Shown here: piece after piece, positions 47,969 through 58,374 of the stretch
Layout of the letters: each line of letters begins with the position of its first letter
Numbering within the stretch: the stretch's first letter is position 1
Source: Nitrosopumilus sp.
GTDB taxonomy: Archaea; Thermoproteota; Nitrososphaeria; Nitrososphaerales; Nitrosopumilaceae
Assembly: GCA_965249555.1 (NCBI GenBank)
Contig: OZ252243.1
Location: 864,001 to 928,000 of the forward strand
Direction of reading: 5' to 3'
DNA: 64,000 nucleotides
Translations under genes and position numbers: made by a program
The notes under the pieces: model-generated
Database searches by the model: none
The model's input: only the letters and a program-made list of their open reading frames with translations
What the model was told of the DNA's origin: nothing

Positions 47969-49876
47969 ATGTCAGAATTTTCCATAAATGATGTTGGAGT
48001 AAAAGTAGGACTAGAAATTCATCAGCAATTAGCAACTAACAAAAAGTTGTTTTGTAATTGTACACCAGTAGAGTCAGATGAATATTTTATAAAATTTCAG
48101 AGAAAATTACGAGCATCAAAAAGTGAATTGGGAGAGTTTGATCCTGCTGCATTATTTGAAAAATCTAAATCAAAAACAATAATGTATTATGCAAACCCAG
48201 AAAGTAGCTGTCTAGTGGAGCAAGATGAGGAACCTCCACATGAATTAGATGAGGACGCAAGAAAAATTGCATTAATTATTGCTTCTGCATTAAAATCAAA
48301 TATTTTTAGTGAAATTTATCCTATGAGAAAAACAGTTGTTGATGGTTCCAATACAACTGGATTCCAACGTACGATGTTAATTTCACAGGGTGGATTTTAT
48401 GATGTAGAAGGAACAAAGATAGGAATTCAATCAATTTGTCTTGAAGAAGATGCTGCTAAAATCTTAGGGGGAGAAGGATCAATAAGAAAATATGGTTTAG
48501 AACGTCTTGGGGTACCTTTAGTAGAAATTGCAACAGAACCTTTTGAAGTAAAACCTCAAGAAGTTAGAAAAATTGCATTATCTTTAGGAAGAATTTTGAG
48601 AAGTACAAAAAAAGTGAAGAGAGGTCTAGGTTCAATCCGACAAGATGTAAATGTATCAATCAAAGAAGGAGGAGTTGTTATTGAAGTAAAAGGAGTGCAG
48701 CAATTAGAACAATTAGAAAAAGTTGTAGAATATGAGGCAAAAAGACAGCATGGATTACTAAAAATTTCAAAAAAATTACAAGAGAAAAATTGGATACATA
48801 ACTATAATGATGATAGAAAAGACATTACAGAATTATTTTCAAAATGTAAATCAGAGATTATTCAGAATGCCATAAAGAAAAATCAGAAAATTTTTGCCGT
48901 ATCTTTTAGAAATATGGCTGGAATGTTTGGATATTCACCATATGAAGGCATAAGATTAGGAAAGGAAGTAGCAGAATTAGTACGATTTTTTGGTCTAGGT
49001 GGTGTTTTTCATTCAGATGAATTACCTAATTATGGAGTAGAAGAACCAGATCTAGAAAATCTAAAAGAATTTCTAAAAATTAATGAAAATGATGGATTTT
49101 TGATATTAGCTATTCCTGAAGAAAAGATCCATACTATTGTTGGCCAGATAATTTTAAGAATTGAACACATCAAAAATGAAGGCATACCAATAGATACACG
49201 ATTAGCTACTCAAACAGGCGAAACAAAATTTCTTAGACCTAGGCCTGGTGCTGCAAGAATGTATCCTGAGACAGATATTCCTCCAATTATTATTTCAAAA
49301 GAAGAACTAGAAGATGCAGAAAAAAATATACCAAAATCATGGGATGAATCTATAAAAGAATTACAAACAAAATATGAAATTAATACACAACTTACAGAAC
49401 AGATTTTTGATTCACGATACATGGAATTATTTGAAAAAATTGTTGAAAAAACTAAAGTCAGTCCTACATTTATTGCATCTGTACTTTGTTCTACAATTAC
49501 TAATTTAGATAGAAGTGGATTAAATTCTAATTTATTACAAAACGAAGATATTGTAAAATCATTTGAATTGTTAGAAGTAGAAAAAATTGCTAAAGAATCA
49601 ATTGAGATAATTTTTGAAAATATTATGGCTGGAAAAGCCAGGACTACTGAAGAGGCAATGAAAAATACTGCAATTGAGGCTGTAAATGAGTCAGATTTGG
49701 AGAAAATTATTGAAGAAATAGTTGAAAATAATCAAGATATTATTAAAAATCAAAAAGAAAGAGCTGTTGGACCACTCATGGGAATTGCCATGAAGGAATT
49801 AAGAGGTAAAGCCTCTGGTGAAACAGTAAACAAACTTCTTTTAAAAAATATCAAGAAAAAGTTAGCAAGTATATGA
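47969..49876 (+). CDS. gatE: Glu-tRNA(Gln) amidotransferase subunit E
   Basis: GLEIHQQL, DGSNTTGFQRT, LEEDAA, GSIRQDVN and PGAARMYPETD motifs. Confidence 0.97.
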   Translation: MSEFSINDVGVKVGLEIHQQLATNKKLFCNCTPVESDEYFIKFQRKLRASKSELGEFDPAALFEKSKSKTIMYYANPESSCLVEQDEEPPHELDEDARKIALIIASALKSNIFSEIYPMRKTVVDGSNTTGFQRTMLISQGGFYDVEGTKIGIQSICLEEDAAKILGGEGSIRKYGLERLGVPLVEIATEPFEVKPQEVRKIALSLGRILRSTKKVKRGLGSIRQDVNVSIKEGGVVIEVKGVQQLEQLEKVVEYEAKRQHGLLKISKKLQEKNWIHNYNDDRKDITELFSKCKSEIIQNAIKKNQKIFAVSFRNMAGMFGYSPYEGIRLGKEVAELVRFFGLGGVFHSDELPNYGVEEPDLENLKEFLKINENDGFLILAIPEEKIHTIVGQIILRIEHIKNEGIPIDTRLATQTGETKFLRPRPGAARMYPETDIPPIIISKEELEDAEKNIPKSWDESIKELQTKYEINTQLTEQIFDSRYMELFEKIVEKTKVSPTFIASVLCSTITNLDRSGLNSNLLQNEDIVKSFELLEVEKIAKESIEIIFENIMAGKARTTEEAMKNTAIEAVNESDLEKIIEEIVENNQDIIKNQKERAVGPLMGIAMKELRGKASGETVNKLLLKNIKKKLASI

Positions 49877-49882
49877 TTGTAG

Positions 49883-49967
49883 TGCGGGAAGTGGGATTTG
49901 AACCCACGAACTCCTAGAAGATAAGGATCTGAACCTTACGCCGTTGACCAGGCTGGGCGACTCCCGC
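49883..49967 (-). tRNA. tRNA-Leu(CAG)
   Basis: GCGGGAG acceptor stem, anticodon arm TAAGG-TTCAGAT-CCTTA, long variable arm and GTTCAAATC T-loop; no intron, CCA not encoded. Confidence 0.95.
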
Positions 49968-50044
49968 ATTGTAAATTTTTGAAATCTAGAATAAGTTTCT
50001 TTATTATACATGAAACAAACACATCCAGTTAATCAAGTGATAGA

Positions 50045-50209
50045 ATGGAATTTAGAGAAGTGTATTGTATAAATTGTAAAAAAATACTTGGACGCTATAA
50101 TATTAAATTCTATAATGAAGATAAAATTGGAGAGTTATTAAAAACAACTCATGTCACACATGTAAGAAATGGACATCAAGTTATTATTAAAAAAGTTGTA
50201 AAAGATTAA
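50045..50209 (+). CDS. Small putative zinc-finger protein (54 aa)
   Basis: Manual translation: MEFREVYCINCKKILGRYNIKFYNEDKIGELLKTTHVTHVRNGHQVIIKKVVKD (CxxC...HxxH...H). Confidence 0.72.
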   Translation: MEFREVYCINCKKILGRYNIKFYNEDKIGELLKTTHVTHVRNGHQVIIKKVVKD

Positions 50210-50745
50210 ATCAGTTTTATTTTTTCTGTTGCCTCTGAAAGATTTGAAATTCTATGAATACGATTGTCTGAAATATGTTTATTCCATGGTTGTGAATATA
50301 GAATTATTTTTTTGTTATGCTGAATAATGTTTAATGCATTTAGAGGTGAATCATCAATAAACACATCATAATCTAAATTAGCCTTCATTGGTCCATCAAT
50401 TACTGACACATAATTATCATATGATATATTATGATGATTGAGCCAATTTTTTACAAAAGAATCAGTAGAACGTTCTCTTGCTGTAACAATATCTACTTGA
50501 CCTATATTTGAAAGATCTTTTGTAGTAGATGATAAATTTTCTTCAGTAGTAGGAATAGAACTCCAATTTTTCCAACAGGAATTTAATTCAGCATAAAAAT
50601 CATAGCGATTGATCTGAAATTTCTTCCAAAAATTCCAATCAGTAATATCATGTTTAGAGATTTTTGGTCTAATTGTATTACTATAATTTAGCCATGATTG
50701 TATTACATCTGCAAGCACACCATCTACATCTAATGCAATTTTCAT
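50206..50745 (-). CDS. 5'(3')-deoxyribonucleotidase-like HAD phosphatase
   Basis: DVDGVLAD, IVTAR, WL, FIDDSP and PWN motifs. Confidence 0.88.
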   Translation of the reverse strand: MKIALDVDGVLADVIQSWLNYSNTIRPKISKHDITDWNFWKKFQINRYDFYAELNSCWKNWSSIPTTEENLSSTTKDLSNIGQVDIVTARERSTDSFVKNWLNHHNISYDNYVSVIDGPMKANLDYDVFIDDSPLNALNIIQHNKKIILYSQPWNKHISDNRIHRISNLSEATEKIKLI

Positions 50746-50755
50746 TTTTTCTCAA

Positions 50756-51838
50756 TTAGTCACTAGTTTTTTGAAATTCATCTAGAAGGTTTTTTTGATG
50801 TTTGTTGAGTTTTTTTGGAATATTTACTACAATTCTCACATATTGATCCCCTTTACCTCTAGAATTGATATGGGGAACTCCTTTTCCTTTTAATTTCATA
50901 GTTGTATTTGGTTGACTACCGGAATTAACTTTAATTTTTTCTGTACCCTCCAAGGTTGGCACTATAATTTCGCAACCTAATGCAGCATCAACCATTGAGA
51001 CATCCTGATCATAGAAAATATCTTTTCCATCTCTAGTAAATTTGGAATGAGGTTGCACTCTAACTCTAACAATCAAATCACCATTAGACCCACCAGGAAC
51101 TTCATTTCCTTCTTCTGGAACAGTGTAATCACCAGAATCAATTCCAGGTGGAATTTCAAAAGTAACTTTTTTTGAACCATTTTTCTTACCTTGTCCTTCA
51201 CAATCTCCACAAGGAGTTTCAATAACAGACCCATAACCTCTACAAGAAGGACATGGTGCAGTTGTTACAAATGAAGCAAATCCCATGTTACGAGTTTGTC
51301 GTACTTGTCCTTGACCGTTACATGTAGCACATGTTTTCTTGTTAGTACCGGGTTTACAACCAGAACCATGACAAATATCGCATTGGATTTGTTTTTGTAG
51401 ATTAATTTCCATGTTTTTTCCATGAAGAACATCCTCTAAAGTTACTGAGGTTTCAAAGAGAATATCAGAACCACGTTGTTGACTAAAACCAAATCCACCT
51501 CCACGACCAAAGATTGATTCAAAAATGGAATCAAATCCTCCACCTCCACGACCAAATATATCACTGAAATTTCCACGTGCACCTTGAAAAATATCTTCAC
51601 TGCTGTATCTACCACCTACACCAGCATGTCCATGTTGATCATAGAGTTGCCTTTTTTCAGTATTAGAAAGAACAGCATATGCTTCAGAGATTTCTTTGAA
51701 ATGCTCTGGTGCCTCTGAAGAATTGTTACGATCTGGGTGAAATTTTAATGCCAATTTTCTATACTGTTGTTTGATTTCATCTACAGAAGATGATTTTGTA
51801 ACTCCTAAAACTTCATAGTAATCTCGTTTTGCAGACAT
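50756..51838 (-). CDS. dnaJ: Chaperone DnaJ
   Basis: J-domain HPD, G/F region and four CxxCxGxG repeats. Confidence 0.98.
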   Translation of the reverse strand: MSAKRDYYEVLGVTKSSSVDEIKQQYRKLALKFHPDRNNSSEAPEHFKEISEAYAVLSNTEKRQLYDQHGHAGVGGRYSSEDIFQGARGNFSDIFGRGGGGFDSIFESIFGRGGGFGFSQQRGSDILFETSVTLEDVLHGKNMEINLQKQIQCDICHGSGCKPGTNKKTCATCNGQGQVRQTRNMGFASFVTTAPCPSCRGYGSVIETPCGDCEGQGKKNGSKKVTFEIPPGIDSGDYTVPEEGNEVPGGSNGDLIVRVRVQPHSKFTRDGKDIFYDQDVSMVDAALGCEIIVPTLEGTEKIKVNSGSQPNTTMKLKGKGVPHINSRGKGDQYVRIVVNIPKKLNKHQKNLLDEFQKTSD

Positions 51839-51887
51839 GGTTTATTTCTTAATCATAATTATTGTATAAATGGTTGAATTTGAAAAA

Positions 51888-53828
51888 TTAGTTAGTTTTT
51901 GTTTCATCAGTTGGAGAAGATTCTGTTGTTTGGTCTTCAGTACCAGCACTTTGTTGTCCTTCATTACCAGCACTTTGTTGTCCTTCATTACCAGCACTTT
52001 GTTGTCCTTCGGCACCAGCACTTTGTTGTCCTTCGGCACCAGCACTTTGTTGTCCTTCGGCACCAGGAGGTGGTGATGCATTTTTGTAAAGTTCAGTTGT
52101 TACTTCGTTGACTAAAGATTGTAATGCGTCAAGTTTAGGCTGTAATTCAGTTGGGTCTTTATCTAAAACTTCTTTGACTTCTTTTACAGCATCAGTAATT
52201 TTTATTCCTTGTTCTTGAGAAATTTTATCCTTTAGATCATGGTTAACTAATTTTTCGGTAGTGTAAATATAACTCTCTGCTTCATTTTTAAGATCAATTT
52301 TTTCTTTCTTCTTTTTGTCTTCATCAGAGAATTTTTCTGCATCTTCTTTTAATTTTTCAATTTCTTCTTTAGATAGTTTTGATGAAGATTCAATAGTAAT
52401 TTTTGCTTCCTTTTGTGTTCCAAGATCTTTTGCTGTGACATTAATTATTCCATTTGCATCAATATCAAATTTTACTTCAATTTGAGGAACTCCTCTAGGA
52501 GTTGGTGGCAGATCAGTTAGATTAAAACTTCCTAATGAAACATTGTCAGTTGCCATTGGACGTTCACCTTGAACAACATGAATAGTTACAGCTGTCTGGT
52601 TATCAGCTGCAGTTGTGAAAACCTTACTCTTGGAAGTTGGAATTGTTGTATTTCTTTCAATTAATGGTTCTCTAACTCCACCCAAAGTTTCAATTCCTAG
52701 TGTTAGTGGAGTCACATCAAGTAAAACTATATCACTAGTAACATCTCCAGCAATAATTCCTGCCTGTATTGCGGCTCCCATTGCTACAGCTTCCATAGGA
52801 TCAACTCCGGATTCAGTTTCCTTACCAACAACTTCACTAACAAATTTTTTAACTAATGGCATTCTTGTTGGCCCACCAATCATTACTATTTTTTTAATAT
52901 CAGAGTTAGAGAGTTTGGCATCTTCAAGTGCTTTTGTTATAGAAGGCTTGCATCGTTCTACAATTGGTCCAACTAATTCATCCAGTTTGGATCTAGTTAT
53001 TCTTAATTCAAGATTTTTGGCACCTGTTGATTGATCATGTGCAAGAAAGGGTAAATTAACATCTGTTTCCATAACTGTCGATAATTCAATTTTGGCTTTT
53101 TCAGCAGCTTCTCTAATTCTTGCCATTGCAGTTGTATCTTGAGAAAGATCAATGCCTTCTTTTTTCTTGAATTCATCAGAAATGTAATCAATTAGAACTG
53201 CATCCATATCTGTGCCACCTAACTGAGTATCTCCAGATGTACTTAGTACTTCAAAGACACCTCCACCCATTTCCATAATTGTAACATCTAATGTACCGCC
53301 GCCAAAATCAAAGACAAGAATTTTCATGTCTTCTTTAGATTTATCTAATCCAAACGCCAAAGATGCAGCTGTTGGTTCATTGATAATTCTAACTACATCA
53401 AGTCCTGCAATTGTTCCAGCATCTTTAGTTGCTTGACGTTGATTATCATCAAAATATGCAGGAACTGTAATTACTGCTTTCTCCACAGACTCACCAACAA
53501 ATGCTTCAGCATCTTTTTTGATTTTTTGTAGAATATAGGCAGAGATCTGTTGAGGCTTGTATTCTTTATCTTGAATTTTAAAAGTATGATCAGAACCCAT
53601 TTTTCTTTTTGCTGCAACAATAGTGTTATCAGGATTTGTTACTGCTTGTCTTCGTGCAGGTTCCCCAACTAAAAGTTCACCATCTTTAGAAAATGCTACA
53701 ACTGATGGAAATGCTTTTCCACCTACAGTAGCTCCTTCTGCAGCAGGAATAATTGTTGGTTTACCACCCATTACAACTGCAGCAGCAGAGTTACTTGTTC
53801 CCAAATCAATACCAATAATTTTAGCCAT
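51888..53828 (-). CDS. dnaK: Chaperone DnaK (Hsp70)
   Basis: [21 protein letters not shown] and [11 protein letters not shown] motifs. Confidence 0.99.
   Translation of the reverse strand: MAKIIGIDLGTSNSAAAVVMGGKPTIIPAAEGATVGGKAFPSVVAFSKDGELLVGEPARRQAVTNPDNTIVAAKRKMGSDHTFKIQDKEYKPQQISAYILQKIKKDAEAFVGESVEKAVITVPAYFDDNQRQATKDAGTIAGLDVVRIINEPTAASLAFGLDKSKEDMKILVFDFGGGTLDVTIMEMGGGVFEVLSTSGDTQLGGTDMDAVLIDYISDEFKKKEGIDLSQDTTAMARIREAAEKAKIELSTVMETDVNLPFLAHDQSTGAKNLELRITRSKLDELVGPIVERCKPSITKALEDAKLSNSDIKKIVMIGGPTRMPLVKKFVSEVVGKETESGVDPMEAVAMGAAIQAGIIAGDVTSDIVLLDVTPLTLGIETLGGVREPLIERNTTIPTSKSKVFTTAADNQTAVTIHVVQGERPMATDNVSLGSFNLTDLPPTPRGVPQIEVKFDIDANGIINVTAKDLGTQKEAKITIESSSKLSKEEIEKLKEDAEKFSDEDKKKKEKIDLKNEAESYIYTTEKLVNHDLKDKISQEQGIKITDAVKEVKEVLDKDPTELQPKLDALQSLVNEVTTELYKNASPPPGAEGQQSAGAEGQQSAGAEGQQSAGNEGQQSAGNEGQQSAGTEDQTTESSPTDETKTN
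51942..52061. repeat. Five tandem 24-bp repeats within the dnaK 3' end
   Basis: accagcactttgttgtccttc(att x2 / ggc x3), encoding G(A/N)EGQQSA. Confidence 0.97.
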
Positions 53829-53834
53829 ATTTTA

Positions 53835-54398
53835 TCATCCTTTTTTTGAAATTTCCACTAATGTTGGTCTTATAACCCTATTTTTAGAAATATATCCCTT
53901 CCTGATCTCTTTTGTAATTGTGTTATCATCTAAATCAGAGTCAGTAATAGTGGATATGGCTTCGTGAAAATTAGGATTAAAAATTTCTCCCAACGCATCA
54001 ATTGGGCTTACATTATATTTTTTCAACAATGAATTCATATTTTTCAAAATAGAATTTAGGCCATCAGAATTGACTTTACTTTCAGAAAAAACGTCTTTTG
54101 CTCTAATAAAATCATCATATATTTTTAAAAAATCTAAGACAAATTCATCAATTTTAGTATTAACGCCATTTTCTATATCAGATTGGGTTTTTCGATTAAG
54201 GTTCTGAAAGTCTGCTAAAACATGTTTCAATTTTTCTTCATGTTCTGATACTTTTTGTCTTTCTAACTCTAATAATTTTGATAATTCTTCAACACCTATT
54301 TCTGTTGGTTTTGGTTCTTCAGAAGAATCAGGTTCATTTTCAGATACCACATCTACAGGAATTTCGTCAGAATTATTTTCACTTGACAAGTTAAACAA
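53835..54398 (-). CDS. grpE: Nucleotide exchange factor GrpE
   Basis: ADFQN, FNPNFHEA and KGY...RVIRP..V motifs; upstream of dnaK. Confidence 0.96.
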   Translation of the reverse strand: MFNLSSENNSDEIPVDVVSENEPDSSEEPKPTEIGVEELSKLLELERQKVSEHEEKLKHVLADFQNLNRKTQSDIENGVNTKIDEFVLDFLKIYDDFIRAKDVFSESKVNSDGLNSILKNMNSLLKKYNVSPIDALGEIFNPNFHEAISTITDSDLDDNTITKEIRKGYISKNRVIRPTLVEISKKG

Positions 54399-54427
54399 AA
54401 TTATAATTTAGCTAATTTAAATTATTA

Positions 54428-55564
54428 TTAAATAGTTTCACATAAAGGATTAGCTTTGACAATAATTAGATTAGAATCTTGTTTAGTTTTTTCAATATTT
54501 TCAAGATCAGTTTTTGAACATGCCACAACAATTGTTGTTTTATCACTATGAAAAAGATCAAAGTTTGGATCTTCATAAGATTCTACATCACCTATGTAAT
54601 CACGTAATTTTGTGGTTAAATTTTGGAGCATTTCAATTTTATCTCCACGCATTGCATGTTGATCAAGAGTCCAAGATAACGCGATTTTAGTTCTACTAGC
54701 TTTAAGATCATTTTTCTTTAATGTTGTTCGAATTTCATCAATTAATCTCTTGATATATCCATCAATTCCTTTTACACTTCCATTAATTAGATACATGAGA
54801 GTGTTTGCACCCTCAAATGAGGAACCCAGGGATTTTAGATCAAGTAGTCCGCTAATCATATCATCAAGAAATATTTCCTGAAAATCATCTGAGGATAAGT
54901 CATTTTTGGTAATTTCATCTTGTGCATACTTGCACACTTCCAAAATACTACACAAACTAGAAAATCTAGATAATGTGTTAATAGCATGAAAATGTTCTGA
55001 TGATGAAATAGCAACAAATCTTTTCTCGTTTTTACCCATAATGAGTAAATCAGATAATGTAGAATCTTCCTTTCCATTAAAAGAACCAATAATCTTTGGT
55101 TGTTGACTTAGATCTTCTAATGGATAATAAAAATATGAAATTTGTTTTCCTACCTCAAAACCTGTTACATGTTCCAGTAATGAAATATTTTCATTGTTAC
55201 CTCCAAATCCTGTTGGGAGAGTAAAAATGACGGAACTATTCTTCTTTAATGATTTTACTGCATCCTTAAATTTAGAATGAATTTCAGTTTTAGTATCTTG
55301 CCCTGTTTTTCTAATTCTTGGAGTAAAGAAAAGATATTGAGCTTTGGAAATAGCTACGTCAATTGGTTCCATGGCTAATAATGGCTCATCTTCTTTTAGA
55401 GAAGACACATTTGGGTAAGTTTTAGCTATTTCTGCTTTAAGTGAAATTGCTGAAGGAGTAGACTCATCTATAATGTAAACATCAGCACCTTTTATTGCCA
55501 TTTGAGATGCAATAGCATATCCTTCTGTACTTAGGCCATAAACAACAACTTTTGTTCCCCTCAT
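54428..55564 (-). CDS. Degenerate UDP-sugar-dehydrogenase-like protein
   Basis: VVVYGLSTEGYAIA (eroded GxGxxG), YYP, and C-terminal KIALSW...YEDP layout; no GGxC motif. Confidence 0.6.
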   Translation of the reverse strand: MRGTKVVVYGLSTEGYAIASQMAIKGADVYIIDESTPSAISLKAEIAKTYPNVSSLKEDEPLLAMEPIDVAISKAQYLFFTPRIRKTGQDTKTEIHSKFKDAVKSLKKNSSVIFTLPTGFGGNNENISLLEHVTGFEVGKQISYFYYPLEDLSQQPKIIGSFNGKEDSTLSDLLIMGKNEKRFVAISSSEHFHAINTLSRFSSLCSILEVCKYAQDEITKNDLSSDDFQEIFLDDMISGLLDLKSLGSSFEGANTLMYLINGSVKGIDGYIKRLIDEIRTTLKKNDLKASRTKIALSWTLDQHAMRGDKIEMLQNLTTKLRDYIGDVESYEDPNFDLFHSDKTTIVVACSKTDLENIEKTKQDSNLIIVKANPLCETI

Positions 55565-55628
55565 TACACTTTCAGCTAGTAATAGACTAAGAAAAACTTA
55601 TTGAACTTACTACAATTACAAAAATTAC

Positions 55629-56657
55629 TTGAAAATATGGATAGATATTCTTACCCCAAAACAATTATTGTTTTCTGAATTAATAATTGAAAAATTAGGG
55701 AAAAAGCACAATATTTTGTGTACTTCTAGAGAATACGAAGAAGTTACAAAATTAGCAAAAATACGTAATTTTGACCTTATTTTTGTTGGAAAACACGGAG
55801 GAGCTGATAAAACAGCTAAACTTCAAGCCAGTATTGATAGAAAAGGAAAGCTTTCTAGAAAAATCAAGGCATTTTCTCCAGATATAACAATTAGTTTTTG
55901 TTCCCCCGAAGCAGCAAGGATTTCATTCGGTTTAGGAATAAGACATGTAGCATTTTGTGATTCACCACATGCTGATGCAGTTATGCGATTAACATTGCCT
56001 TTAATTCAAAAATTACTCATTCCAAGTGTTATCCCAAAAAATGAATTTTCTAAATATGGAATTGATAAGAAGAATATCATATCATACAAAGCAATAGATG
56101 CAGCTGTTACCATCAAAAGAAAAATAAATCAAGAAGAGTCATTGCCATTTAAAAAGAACAAAAGAAAAAATATTTTGATCAGAGTCGAAGAAGAAGAAGC
56201 GGCATATACATCAAAATCAAGTAAAATAATTCCAATTATTAAACAAATTGTAGAAGAGTATAGTGAAGAAAATATTGTAATTTTATGTAGATACACTAAA
56301 CAAATTCAAAATCTTCAAAAAAGATTTGGTAAAAAAGCTAAAATTGTAAAAATGTCATTTGATGGAAAACATTTGTTAAGCAATACAGATGTTTTTATTG
56401 GATCTGGTGGTACGATGACTGCAGAATCCGCTTTAATGGGAATTCCAACAATATCTTATAACGCAGTTCCAAATATCATTGAGAATTTTTTGGTAAAAAA
56501 ACATTTGGTGAAAAGAGAAACAAATCCAAATAAAGTTTATAATCACATTACAAAAATTTTTGGATCATCAAATAAGATGAGTCAAAAAAGAGCAAAAATA
56601 ATTGTAGAACAAATGGAAGATCCTATACAAAAATTGATCAAAGTAATCAAAGAATAA
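55629..56657 (+). CDS. DUF354-family GT-B-fold protein
   Basis: KIWIDI.TP, VGKHGG, SPEAAR, DSPHA and GGTMTAESALMGIP motifs. Confidence 0.88.
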   Translation: MKIWIDILTPKQLLFSELIIEKLGKKHNILCTSREYEEVTKLAKIRNFDLIFVGKHGGADKTAKLQASIDRKGKLSRKIKAFSPDITISFCSPEAARISFGLGIRHVAFCDSPHADAVMRLTLPLIQKLLIPSVIPKNEFSKYGIDKKNIISYKAIDAAVTIKRKINQEESLPFKKNKRKNILIRVEEEEAAYTSKSSKIIPIIKQIVEEYSEENIVILCRYTKQIQNLQKRFGKKAKIVKMSFDGKHLLSNTDVFIGSGGTMTAESALMGIPTISYNAVPNIIENFLVKKHLVKRETNPNKVYNHITKIFGSSNKMSQKRAKIIVEQMEDPIQKLIKVIKE

Positions 56658-56722
56658 TTTTAGTTAAAAGAGTCAAATTCAAATAAAAAGTTCATTAAGG
56701 GAATGAGAGTGCTGGATTTAGC

Positions 56723-56795
56723 AGCCCGGTAGTGTAGAGGTCAAGCATATGGGCCTTTGAAGCCCGTGACGCCAGTTCGAGTCTGGCCCGGGCTA
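56723..56795 (+). tRNA. tRNA-Gln(TTG)
   Basis: AGCCCGG/CCGGGCT acceptor stem (A1-U72), anticodon arm TGGGC-CTTTGAA-GCCCG and GTTCGAGTC T-loop. Confidence 0.95.
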
Positions 56796-56865
56796 CTATA
56801 TTTAAAAAATGAAGGATTGCTATAACACGAATATAACATAGATAGTTTTTCTGAAATTAGGTACG

Positions 56866-57603
56866 ATGACAGACATTATTTTGGGTATGGGTGAGGTAGG
56901 AGAGACACTATTTGACTTACTTGTTGAAAGAGGATTCAATTGCATTGGAATTGATCTGGATACCTCAAAATGCAGAAACTATTCTGAAAACTCTACAATT
57001 GAGGATCCAGAATATCTTCATATTTGTCTTCCAGGAGAATTAACAGAATTTGTCGATATTACATCAAATTGGATTAGTAAGATTGAAGGGTTGAAAGTAG
57101 TTCTGGTTCATTCTACTGTAAAACCAGGAACAACAAAAAATATTCAAGAAAAATCTGAAGTTCTAGTTTTATTTTCACCAGTACGTGGAGTACATAAAAG
57201 ATTTTTAGATGATATTAAAAAATATACAAAATTTATTTCATCAGATGACAAACAAATAGATCCAGAAATAAAATCAGATTTAGAGAAAAGATTTCAAAAA
57301 GTAGATTGGATGTCAACTACTAAAACAGCAGAACTTGCAAAAATATTAGTCGATACGACATATTATGGATGGTTAATCAATTATGCCCAGATTACAAAAA
57401 TGATTTGTGAAAAAGAAGGTGTTGATTTTGATGAAATGTGGAAATTTGCTGATGAAATTCATGAAAATTTAGGCAATAGACCAAAAATGTATCCAGGAAT
57501 TATTGGAGGACATTGTGTAATTCCAAATCTAAGTTTAGTAGAATATGAAAATCTAGACATAATTAAAAAAATTAATGAATTATATGAAAAGTTCAAAAAA
57601 TGA
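56866..57603 (+). CDS. Short UDP-glucose/GDP-mannose dehydrogenase-family protein
   Basis: GMGEVG, HSTVKPGTT, SPVRG, TAELAK and IGGHCVIPN; lacks the C-terminal UDP-binding domain. Confidence 0.85.
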   Translation: MTDIILGMGEVGETLFDLLVERGFNCIGIDLDTSKCRNYSENSTIEDPEYLHICLPGELTEFVDITSNWISKIEGLKVVLVHSTVKPGTTKNIQEKSEVLVLFSPVRGVHKRFLDDIKKYTKFISSDDKQIDPEIKSDLEKRFQKVDWMSTTKTAELAKILVDTTYYGWLINYAQITKMICEKEGVDFDEMWKFADEIHENLGNRPKMYPGIIGGHCVIPNLSLVEYENLDIIKKINELYEKFKK

Positions 57604-57612
57604 TTTTAATTT

Positions 57613-58374
57613 CTAAAAATCTAGTTTTGTTAATAGTCTTGATGCAATAACAAAGAGAACAGATGCAATTCCCACAAGAACTATCATTTCATAAATTACA
57701 AATTCAGTGATTGTTCCAAAAATTCCTGCTCTAATTACATCTACAAGGTAGGTTAATGGGTTTAGATAAAATGCTGTACGTAATGGCTCTGGAGCCCCAT
57801 CAGCTGGATAAAATGCTGTACTAACAAAAGCAAATAATAGAAAAACAGTGTTAATAACTACATTAAATCCCTCACTTGAGCGTAATCTGGTAGAAATTAT
57901 TGATGCTAATGAGCCAAATAATACAGAACCTGTAATGGCACCAAAAATAATTATGGGAATTGTAATAAATGAGAATTCTGCAGACTCAAAAAACACGGGA
58001 TAGCCAACTATAACTATCAAAAATGCACTCACTAATCCAATTATGCCTATGGTGCAGATATTACTAAGAATATAATGACTTATGGTAAATGGTCCTGACA
58101 TAATTTGTTCAAACATACCATGCCTTCTGTCATTCCAAATAAGAATACCAGAAATGAGTGTACTATTCATGATGTTGAATCCAATCATACCTGATGCCAA
58201 AAATGCAGGATAATCAAGATCTTTACCACCAAAAGGAACTTCATTAATTAATGGTGCATATGCAAAACCTGCAACAAAAATATAGATTAAAGGAAAAATT
58301 ACTTGCCAAATTAAAAATCCAGGATTAAGAGAAATTGTTAGATTTCTATTCACTAATCTAATTATTGGATGCAT
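57613..58374 (-). CDS. ABC-2 type transporter permease
   Basis: About six transmembrane segments; DRRHGMFEQI..P, STAFYP and NPLTY motifs. Confidence 0.92.
   Translation of the reverse strand: MHPIIRLVNRNLTISLNPGFLIWQVIFPLIYIFVAGFAYAPLINEVPFGGKDLDYPAFLASGMIGFNIMNSTLISGILIWNDRRHGMFEQIMSGPFTISHYILSNICTIGIIGLVSAFLIVIVGYPVFFESAEFSFITIPIIIFGAITGSVLFGSLASIISTRLRSSEGFNVVINTVFLLFAFVSTAFYPADGAPEPLRTAFYLNPLTYLVDVIRAGIFGTITEFVIYEMIVLVGIASVLFVIASRLLTKLDF

Noticed and set aside
51842-52111. Repeats as a CRISPR array; repetitive ORFs 51842-52081, 51870-52076 and 51899-52111
   Set aside because: Units are head-to-tail with no spacers and in frame within dnaK; the ORFs are alternative-frame shadows.
46666-56795. 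Proximity of gatDE to tRNA-Gln (A1-U72) as a special system
   Set aside because: Standard archaeal transamidation; the genes are about 7 kb apart with unrelated genes in between.
49883-56795. tRNAs as integration sites of an element
   Set aside because: No duplicated tRNA 3' ends or integrase seen; the intervening genes are core chaperones.
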